Source: Methanoregula sp. (lineage in GTDB: Archaea > Halobacteriota > Methanomicrobia > Methanomicrobiales > Methanospirillaceae). Taken from it: a DNA stretch of 64,000 nucleotides. The stretch covers positions 41,862 to 105,861 of the forward strand of contig JBDKTL010000030.1 of assembly GCA_039698055.1 (NCBI GenBank). The letters run 5' to 3'. Each line of letters starts with the position of its first letter. Within the stretch, counting starts at the first letter, position 1. Positions 19,206-26,919 of this stretch are shown here, piece by piece. Both the position numbers and the translations under genes were made by a program. Below the pieces are notes generated by a model. It had not been told where the DNA came from, did no database searches, and saw only the letters and a program-made list of their open reading frames with translations.

Positions 19206-20093
19206 GTGACAGAAATCATCAAAATGCAACATTACGTTCCAAGAGTATACCTGAGAAATTTTTCCTTTGACCAAAAATCAAACGATTATGCTATTTATTG
19301 TTTTGATAAAACCAATTCGAAGGCATTCCCCGTAAACATTTCAAATATTGCGTGTGAACGTTTCTTTTACGATATTGAAAACGACGAAGATCAGACCATC
19401 GAAAAATTACTCTGTAAATACGAAGGGGCGTATGCGGGAGTGTATAACAAGATTATCGAAAACTGGAATCTGAATTGTTTAAACAGCGATGAGAGGACAA
19501 TTCTGGCATTCTTTTTCTCAATCCAATATCTCCGGACGAAAGAACAACGGATCTCCTATCGTGACGTATTCAACTGTGTGAAAGACCGGTTAACCCAACA
19601 GTGTTCGAGCGAGTCGCTCAAAGAGGACCTTGAGGCATGCGGTCAGGAATCGGTATTGAAAGAAGGACATCTAACTGTTTTTATGAAGGCCGTTCCGGAA
19701 ATGGCGCAAAAATTGCTCACAATGAAATGGACATTATGTAAAAATACAACAACGATGCCGTTCTGGGCTTCGGATAACCCGATTGTGATGGATAACCATG
19801 CAGAAAATAAGTACGATCGCTATCTGGGGTATGCCTGCCCGGGAATAGAGATGTACCTTCCCTTAAATCCACAATATTGCCTCGCAATTTTTGATTCTGC
19901 GAAATATCATGTGCTGCCGGGCATCATGGAAACAAAAAGCATCGAGAATGTAATTTACAACAATTGTCTGCAACTCATGAACTCCACACGGTTCATTTTC
20001 TCAAATACCGAAGACTTTTCCTATGCCGAGAAATTCCTGGAGAAAAAACCTGAATACAAAAGTGTTGATCGGCAGAGGATCTTTCCTCCGTGA
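19206..20093 (+). CDS. DUF4238 domain protein
   Basis: QHYVPRVYLRNF N-terminus, IEKLL..YE, FWASDNP, YLPLNP motifs; AT-rich. Confidence 0.82.
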   Translation: MTEIIKMQHYVPRVYLRNFSFDQKSNDYAIYCFDKTNSKAFPVNISNIACERFFYDIENDEDQTIEKLLCKYEGAYAGVYNKIIENWNLNCLNSDERTILAFFFSIQYLRTKEQRISYRDVFNCVKDRLTQQCSSESLKEDLEACGQESVLKEGHLTVFMKAVPEMAQKLLTMKWTLCKNTTTMPFWASDNPIVMDNHAENKYDRYLGYACPGIEMYLPLNPQYCLAIFDSAKYHVLPGIMETKSIENVIYNNCLQLMNSTRFIFSNTEDFSYAEKFLEKKPEYKSVDRQRIFPP

Positions 20094-20099
20094 TACCCC

Positions 20100-20207
20100 T
20101 TACAGAGCATCCTCTTCATTTCGGATCTGGTCCTCGATGAACTTGCGGATCTCCTCTTTTCCCGGGAGCCCAAGCTGATACTTGGAGACAAACAACTGGT
20201 TGTCCAT
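20100..20207 (-). pseudogene. 3' remnant of a YhcG/DUF1016 PD-(D/E)XK nuclease gene
   Basis: Manual translation MDNQLFVSKYQLGLPGKEEIRKFIEDQIRNEEDAL*, resembling the YhcG C-terminal 'FVSKYQL.LP..EE' motif. Confidence 0.6.
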
Positions 20208-20421
20208 ACTTCTTCGTCCGCAGGTGATTCACTCATACAATCTCCAAAAACTCTGAGTATTATTAAAGACAGTGTATCGCAATTCGAATCAAATAATTTT
20301 GCGTAAACCATTATTATTTAGAGGATATCTCCTCCGTATGTCTCCAATTGGGAAGACCGGGGAAGGTACTCATTACATTTTAAAAGGGCGCCAAATGGGC
20401 TAAAGAGGCACAGAAGGAGTA

Positions 20422-20535
20422 TCATTGAGGTACCACCCATACAGCCCCTATCCCGGCAACCGCCATCTCGAATCGTTCCGGCCCATCCCCGAAATAGAAC
20501 CGTGCCGGTGAAAATATCGGTCCTGACTCATCCCC
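20422..20535 (-). pseudogene. 3' remnant of a second Dam-type methyltransferase gene (diverged direct repeat of ~22750-22862)
   Basis: Reads SGPIFSPARFYFGDGPERFEMAVAGIGAVWVVPQ* versus GPTFSPALFYVGDGPERFEKAFAEIGAVWGVPKV*; exact 19-mer CGTTCCGGCCCATCCCCGA at 20474 and 22799. Confidence 0.85.
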
Positions 20536-20582
20536 CTGATAAGGGCCTAAAAAAGGAGAGAAAAAGTTATAACAATAAGATA

Positions 20583-22505
20583 TTATTTGGGAAGTAAGAC
20601 ATTAATTTTTTGAAATAATGCAGCCGCCCTATCGATTGTGGCAACGTCGATTTTTTTGAGAAGATCGGATTGCTCATTCAGCAGAAAAACCGCTGGTAGA
20701 TAATGATTGAAATGGCCTCCCGAAATAGCTTGGAGTTTGAAGTATTCCTCGATTCTCTTGACAATCCGGGGATTTTGGTTTGTAAAGGATTTGAGGGTTA
20801 ATTTTTGAGATAATTCTTTAGGGTAAGCACCATTAACTAAATTCAAATAAAACTGGGGTTCGAATAAATCTTCAATATCGGCATCTTTTGCCCCGGTTAT
20901 CTCACCGATATTGATCAGATTTTTATTACCGAGGAAATGGTTCCCCTTTAAATTTTTTATCCGCTGTTTATCTCGTTCTGAAATATCTATCAAAACGGCG
21001 ATGTTCAATTCATTCGCTCCCAGTAATGATACGAATGTTGAAACCTTATCTGCCCCACCAACGGGGGTCACTACCCAGCGGGGATCCAGACCATTTTTCC
21101 CATGGCTGATTACAGCCTCACTTAAAATCTTCAGATAAATCAAATCTGATGGGCCTTCTACGAGAAGACAATTGGGACCAATAAACAAAGTTTGGGCAAG
21201 ATCATATCCAAGTGCCGCCTGAAGAGGGAATATTGTATCTTGATCATTTCGTAATATATCCTCACTAATTTTTGTTCCTTTTTCATCCACATCTTGAACA
21301 GTCCTGACGCTGGTCAATGCATTTGGATCGATCATGAACGGTGAATGGGTTGTATATATCACCTGATGTTTCGGGGCAAGACGTTCATCGATAAACCTGA
21401 GAAAGTCCCCTTGAGCTTTTGCATGCAGATTTAATCCAGGTTCATCTAGCAAAAGGATCAAATCTGCGTCACTTCGCTCGATTTGGGAGAAATATGCAAA
21501 GAATGAGAAAAACCAGATAAATCCCCGTGATCTTTCATCAAAAGGCACAGTAACCCGGTGACGGTTGTTCTTAATTCTTACGTGGAGGATAGGACCATTA
21601 TTCAACGGGGGCGGATCGTTTGGATTTGCCTGGGAGATATCGAACTCCACTTCAAGCTGTTTGTTCTGAGTCCAGTATTCAAATACCTGATCGGAGATAC
21701 TGATTGATGCGGCTTCTAATTCCGCTTTCAGACGTTCATAATTTGTTACACTCTCAAAATCCTCAAGTTTGTTATCAGAAAGTGATAACAGCGCTAAGAA
21801 GGTCCGATCTGCTTCATCAGTTTGATTTTGATCTCGCCGCGTTTTGAGGAAAGGAATTGAAATACGTCCTTTCATTGTGCAATAATCATCAAAATACACA
21901 AATTTTGGAATAAATTTTGTGAGAAATTCATTGATAATATACTCATTCAGCCCTTTTGGAAATCGGGAATTAACTGTGGTCAAAAGAGTATTGGCCACGA
22001 CTTGGCTTTCTTTATTCTTTTCAAGGAGTTCTTTAAATTCGTCGAGTGTCTCAATATTCGTAGCCTGTTTTTTTACGTCGTCCAACAATTCAGATGTGAT
22101 TAGCATATGCTGGACTGCTGTCTTCTCATCTGTTTGTAAACTCCACACACGGGAATTTTTGAAATTTTTAGTCACTTTTACAATATTGGATTTTAAAGCA
22201 TTTTTTCCAAGGACAGATTCAATTTTATCAATTTCCTCTTTTAAAAGTTCAAATTCAGCAATTACAACCACAGCGGGAGTTTTATCATGAATTTGTTTGT
22301 ACCTTGTATATCCTTTTCTTGGATAGTCCATGATATCGAAATTTCCATTTGCACCCTCAACAGGACTTAATTTTTGTAAAGCCTGAAGAAACGCAGTTTT
22401 ACCGGACTCGTTTTTACCGACAAGGCATGTGACCGTATCAATTTTTACGGGGTCTGAATCATCAATACTCTTAAAATTTTGTACATGAGCGGTGATTAAT
22501 TTCAT
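20583..22505 (-). CDS. OLD-family ATP-dependent endonuclease (ABC ATPase + TOPRIM)
   Basis: NFKSI..., LVGKNESGKT Walker A, RSRGF signature, LLLDEPG Walker B, YTTHSP, LLVEGPSD TOPRIM, DIEDLF. Confidence 0.88.
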   Translation of the reverse strand: MKLITAHVQNFKSIDDSDPVKIDTVTCLVGKNESGKTAFLQALQKLSPVEGANGNFDIMDYPRKGYTRYKQIHDKTPAVVVIAEFELLKEEIDKIESVLGKNALKSNIVKVTKNFKNSRVWSLQTDEKTAVQHMLITSELLDDVKKQATNIETLDEFKELLEKNKESQVVANTLLTTVNSRFPKGLNEYIINEFLTKFIPKFVYFDDYCTMKGRISIPFLKTRRDQNQTDEADRTFLALLSLSDNKLEDFESVTNYERLKAELEAASISISDQVFEYWTQNKQLEVEFDISQANPNDPPPLNNGPILHVRIKNNRHRVTVPFDERSRGFIWFFSFFAYFSQIERSDADLILLLDEPGLNLHAKAQGDFLRFIDERLAPKHQVIYTTHSPFMIDPNALTSVRTVQDVDEKGTKISEDILRNDQDTIFPLQAALGYDLAQTLFIGPNCLLVEGPSDLIYLKILSEAVISHGKNGLDPRWVVTPVGGADKVSTFVSLLGANELNIAVLIDISERDKQRIKNLKGNHFLGNKNLINIGEITGAKDADIEDLFEPQFYLNLVNGAYPKELSQKLTLKSFTNQNPRIVKRIEEYFKLQAISGGHFNHYLPAVFLLNEQSDLLKKIDVATIDRAAALFQKINVLLPK

Positions 22506-22743
22506 AATCATTCCTCTTGTTTGATCGGCGACTGATCAAGATCTGATTACTATTCCTCTATCTGTTGTCATTTATAAACGATATGGGATATGATGCGTTA
22601 TCATTGTGATATATTTTTAGTATTCGGTTCACAATGTGAAAATAACAAAAGGGTATTTTTTCGATTATAATTTTTTAGAATTCTGAAAAGAATCGTTTCT
22701 GGAAGAATGTTATGAGGTGAAAATTTCATTTCTCAGCATCTAT

Positions 22744-23259
22744 TCAGACTTTCGGCACACCCCAAACCGCCCCGATCTCAGCAAACGCCTTCTCGAACCG
22801 TTCCGGCCCATCCCCGACATAGAACAGTGCCGGTGAAAACGTCGGACCGGGACCCTCATCACCAGCAGGCCCCACAAACCGGATCCTCGCAGAAGGAAAA
22901 CATACCCGGCACGATATCGCCGTCAGCGTCTTCCATGCAGCAGTCTCGGTCGCCGATTTCCACAGTACAATCGCCTCCGTGGTCCGGCCTGCGGACCGCT
23001 CCAGATATAATTTCGAGAACCACTGCTCGACACCGGGCCCGAACGGGGGATTAAGAAACACCCGTCCCGACCAGGGCTGCACGAGCCCGTTGTCCTGAGC
23101 TGTGTAATGCCTCGCTGCCGGCACGTTCGGGATCTCCCGGCAGTTGCTGGCCGGGTCCAGATCGATTGCGCCCATGCACGCGATCACTGCATCGAGGATG
23201 TACTGCGGCGTGTAATGCTCCGTGCTCTCGTGCGAAAGAAGGGCTGGAGGGACGGTCAT
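22744..23259 (-). CDS. Phage-type DNA N6-adenine methyltransferase (Dam family)
   Basis: EHYTP, IDLDPAS, DNGL..PW.GRVFLNPPF catalytic motif. Confidence 0.88.
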   Translation of the reverse strand: MTVPPALLSHESTEHYTPQYILDAVIACMGAIDLDPASNCREIPNVPAARHYTAQDNGLVQPWSGRVFLNPPFGPGVEQWFSKLYLERSAGRTTEAIVLWKSATETAAWKTLTAISCRVCFPSARIRFVGPAGDEGPGPTFSPALFYVGDGPERFEKAFAEIGAVWGVPKV

Positions 23260-23469
23260 ATGATGAGATGATGTGTAAAATCACCGGCTTAGTCTTTACT
23301 GAAGACCGGGACGCAGGACGGGGACACAGAAATCGCACATAATATTAAAAAGCATATTTACATCCGCCACTCAATATCTCTTATTCATCTCAGCAAAATC
23401 CTCTGACTCCCGGGTGAGGATAAGCACGATTATGACAACGATAACGACGACAACAAGCAGGACAACAAC

Positions 23470-24915
23470 ATGATAGGCATCTTCGTCAGCAGTGTGCAGA
23501 AGGAATACGGCGATGAGCGCCGTTCAATTCGTGAATTTATTCACAATGATCCTCTTCTGAAACAATTCTTTCATGCATTCATATTCGAGGATCTCCCTGC
23601 CGCCGATCATCGGCCTGATGAAATTTATCTTGATGAAGTGAATCGGTGCACAATATATCTGGGAATTTACGGGAAACACTACGGACCGGAGGATGCAGAA
23701 GGACTTTCCCCAACCGAACGGGAATTTAATCGCGCAACCGAGCAATGCAAACACCGGCTGATTTTCGTGCAAGGTTCCGATGACACCGGAAGGCACAGCA
23801 AGATGTCTGCCCTCATCCAGAAAGCAGCGGGACAGGTAATACGGCGACGTTTCACGGATATTTCGGATCTGAAAACCCAGATCTATGCGGCTCTTGTCCA
23901 GTACCTCAGCGAGAATGGCCTTCTGCGACACAAGCCTTTTGACGAAGCAATATGTATCGGTGCATCGATCGATGATATTTCCCCGGAAAAAATCGCCTGG
24001 TTTCTCTCGGTCTCAAAGAAGGAACGGAAATTTCCGCTCCGGGCAGGCACACCGGCAGAGGCGGTTCTGTCTCACTTAAACCTGCTTGATGGATCACAGC
24101 CTACGCACGCAGCGATACTTCTCTTCGGGAAAAACAGTCATCACTTTCTCCCAGCAGCGGAGATCAAATGCCTGAGCTTCCGGGGCACAAAGATCGAGAA
24201 ACCAATTCCCTCCTATCAGATTTATACCGGGACGCTCTTCGATCAGGTGGACAATGCTGCAGATTTTGTACTTTCAAAACTTGATCGCCGCGTTTCTGCA
24301 CGGGATGAAACACCAGTGAGTGATACCGGCTATGAGATCCCGGTCCCTGCTATCCATGAAGCACTTGTCAATGCTGTTGTCCATCGGGATTACACATCCA
24401 AAGCAGCAGTTCAGGTTATGGTTTTTGCAGATCGGGTAGAAGTGTGGAACCCTGGTGCCCTGCCCTCGGACCTGACACCCGACAGTCTCAAGACAGAACA
24501 CCCATCCATTCCTCACAACCCGCTCATTGCCCATCCGTTGTACTTAACGCACTACATCGAGAAGGCCGGTACCGGGACGCTCGATATGATCACGTATTGC
24601 AAGGAGGCCGGTCTTCCGGAACCGGGTTTCGAGCAACGCGGAGGCCAGTTCGTTGTCACCCTCTGGAGAGACTGGCTGACAGAATCCGTGCTGGCTGAAT
24701 TTGGACTTAATGAACGACAGATGATGATCATTACCTTCATGAAAAGCCATGCCAGAATTACCAATACCGAATGTCAGAGTCTTACCGGTGCCGCCCGTAA
24801 AGCGACGAGCCGCGATCTCGGAGGACTCGTTGACGCCGGTCTTCTGATTCGTGTCGGTGAACGACGCGGGGCGTATTATGAACTCGCCCGAAGTAAACAC
24901 AAAGAAATTATTTGA
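23470..24915 (+). CDS. DUF4062 + RecG_C/HATPase-like + wHTH protein
   Basis: IFVSSVQKE...YLGIYGKHYG..SPTEREF (DUF4062); EALVNAVVHRDY, VWNPG, NPLIA, IEKAGTG; C-terminal ITN...RDL..LV..G wHTH. Confidence 0.85.
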   Translation: MIGIFVSSVQKEYGDERRSIREFIHNDPLLKQFFHAFIFEDLPAADHRPDEIYLDEVNRCTIYLGIYGKHYGPEDAEGLSPTEREFNRATEQCKHRLIFVQGSDDTGRHSKMSALIQKAAGQVIRRRFTDISDLKTQIYAALVQYLSENGLLRHKPFDEAICIGASIDDISPEKIAWFLSVSKKERKFPLRAGTPAEAVLSHLNLLDGSQPTHAAILLFGKNSHHFLPAAEIKCLSFRGTKIEKPIPSYQIYTGTLFDQVDNAADFVLSKLDRRVSARDETPVSDTGYEIPVPAIHEALVNAVVHRDYTSKAAVQVMVFADRVEVWNPGALPSDLTPDSLKTEHPSIPHNPLIAHPLYLTHYIEKAGTGTLDMITYCKEAGLPEPGFEQRGGQFVVTLWRDWLTESVLAEFGLNERQMMIITFMKSHARITNTECQSLTGAARKATSRDLGGLVDAGLLIRVGERRGAYYELARSKHKEII

Positions 24916-24955
24916 GACGGTTTCTTTCAACCAGCAACTGAAGATCGGGAAAAAT

Positions 24956-25078
24956 ATGGGACAATTATGAGACATATGAGACATGTGTGATATATGAGAC
25001 AAGTATGGGACATATGAGACATGCATCAAACAAAATCCCCGTGGGGGAATGGGGCCATAAAGGGGCCTAAGGGGCCAA
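24956..25078. repeat. Degenerate 9-bp tandem repeats (ATGAGACAT x7, then GGGGCC-containing x3)
   Basis: Units at 24956, 24967, 24976, 24985, 24994, 25005 and 25014; second array 25049-25078. Confidence 0.75.
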
Positions 25079-25179
25079 GATTCAATAGATATTACCCCGA
25101 AATTGAGGGATTGAATCGATGATTTTCAGTTTCACGCCACAGGACATTCATTTAATGACCATGTGAACCGGACGATCTA

Positions 25180-25971
25180 TTGATCGTCCGGTTCACAGGG
25201 CCTTGTACGGTGATATCTATCTCTGAAGAGCAGATCCTTATTCCCCTGAACGCGAAGGAATATTCAGACGCCCATCAACCAATCGTTGAAGAAAATCTGA
25301 TGCGTTTGCCATTCTGTTTTAATGAATATTCTAAACCGTTTATCGGTTTTGAACACCTCAATTCGCTCTATCGGGAATCATATTCCTGTCTTATCCACGG
25401 GAATTATCATGCCGGAATTGTCATAATGAATCAATTGCTCGAAGAGACATTAAGAGAAATTATTCGTGTTCATACCGGAAAGAATGATGGTTCTGTTCTG
25501 GAGGGATTATTGTCCTCTATGTCTCAGCAGAGCAAGGTAACACTAAAACGATATCTCATTCATCCGGAACTTGTCAATCAGATTTCTAAAATAAAAGAGG
25601 ATATCAGACATCCCTACACGCACATGAGATATCGCAAGATTTTACGTGGTCAAAAAATATCCGCAGCAAAAATTATGGTGGGAACCGATCCCGAAAAAAT
25701 TCTGGAGAATGTGAAAAACGGAGTTGAGGCTTCGAAAGAAGGAAAATTACAGTATGATGAATATGATCCTAGTGGAGATCCTGTTGTTGCTGCATATTTG
25801 AAACGAGATATCGATAAAGTACTTGCAATTCAACTCGCATGGAAAATATATCCGCTCTATTGGCTTTTGATGGAAGAGTACCTCAACCAAGAAATTACCG
25901 AGGCATCCTTGAAAAAATTCGGCTCTATGTGGGAGCCGGTGGCCCAAAAAGAAAAAAACCAAGTGGGTTAA
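25180..25971 (+). CDS. Putative HEPN (DUF4145-like) protein; start uncertain
   Basis: YRESYSCLIHGNYHAGIVIMNQLLEETLR helix pattern and R-x4-H motif RHPYTH. Confidence 0.6.
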   Translation: MIVRFTGPCTVISISEEQILIPLNAKEYSDAHQPIVEENLMRLPFCFNEYSKPFIGFEHLNSLYRESYSCLIHGNYHAGIVIMNQLLEETLREIIRVHTGKNDGSVLEGLLSSMSQQSKVTLKRYLIHPELVNQISKIKEDIRHPYTHMRYRKILRGQKISAAKIMVGTDPEKILENVKNGVEASKEGKLQYDEYDPSGDPVVAAYLKRDIDKVLAIQLAWKIYPLYWLLMEEYLNQEITEASLKKFGSMWEPVAQKEKNQVG

Positions 25972-26064
25972 CAGTTTTTGTTGAGAGAGACTATTGCGGA
26001 ACCCCCGACACCGCCAGAAGAAAACCCATAATGTTTTTTCAAGGGATACGTGAATATTACATTC

Positions 26065-26910
26065 ATGAGTGAAAAATTTACTTACGATATTCCCGATTCA
26101 AATCTATATCTCAAAGGAGTGATAGCTCTACTTCGATCAAAAAATGAGATAAAAATTGCTGATCTTCTTATTGGTTGCAAGTGTGACATTTCGCACGCTT
26201 CCCAATTTTCTCGAAGAAGATATGATGCCTTCTATACCTGGATTAAATTCTACGTCCCTCTCTCAAAACTCGAATCTTTCTCAGAATATGCAAAACATAG
26301 AATTCTCGAAGAATGTAACGCGGCAATGCCGGATATATCGGGACTCGATGTAATGAAAATTGAAATTTCACCACTGTTGGAGGAAATTTCAGAAGAACCA
26401 ACACTTTCCGTCGATTTAGAGAAGATATCGGCTGAATTAACTAACAAATTCGCTCAAATTCTGCCACCAGAAATCTTGAATAATGGAAAAGAAATGGCGG
26501 AAGTTTATTTGTATCTTTATTGCATCGAGAACAGTTTGAGAATCTTCATCGAATCCGTTGCGAAAGAAAAATATGGTGATGACTGGACATCCAAATTAAA
26601 AATGAATCGTTCAATCAAAGATAGTATATCAAGACTCAGAGATCTGGAAGGTCGCAATAAATGGTTGAGCATACGAGGTAAATCTGAATTATTTTTGGTC
26701 GATTTCAAAGATCTAGGATCCATCATTTCCCAAAATTGGGATATCTTCAAACCACATTTCCCTGATTTGAACTGGATTGAATCTAAAATTGGGGAGTTAG
26801 CCCAATGTCGCAATCTGGTTGCACATAATAGCTACATTGACGACCACGAAAAAGATATAATTCGAGTGAATTATCGAAGCATTTTGAAACAAATCGGTGT
26901 AATCGAATAA
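26065..26910 (+). CDS. Swt1-like HEPN domain protein
   Basis: YLYCIENSLRIFI..., DFKDLGSII..NWDIF, RNLVAH (R-x4-H). Confidence 0.82.
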   Translation: MSEKFTYDIPDSNLYLKGVIALLRSKNEIKIADLLIGCKCDISHASQFSRRRYDAFYTWIKFYVPLSKLESFSEYAKHRILEECNAAMPDISGLDVMKIEISPLLEEISEEPTLSVDLEKISAELTNKFAQILPPEILNNGKEMAEVYLYLYCIENSLRIFIESVAKEKYGDDWTSKLKMNRSIKDSISRLRDLEGRNKWLSIRGKSELFLVDFKDLGSIISQNWDIFKPHFPDLNWIESKIGELAQCRNLVAHNSYIDDHEKDIIRVNYRSILKQIGVIE

Positions 26911-26919
26911 TTTTTCCAC

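Noticed and set aside
20583-22505. Gabija or retron system
   Set aside because: No UvrD-like GajB or reverse transcriptase next to the OLD gene.
24956-25022. Mini-CRISPR
   Set aside because: Units are 9 bp with no unique spacers.
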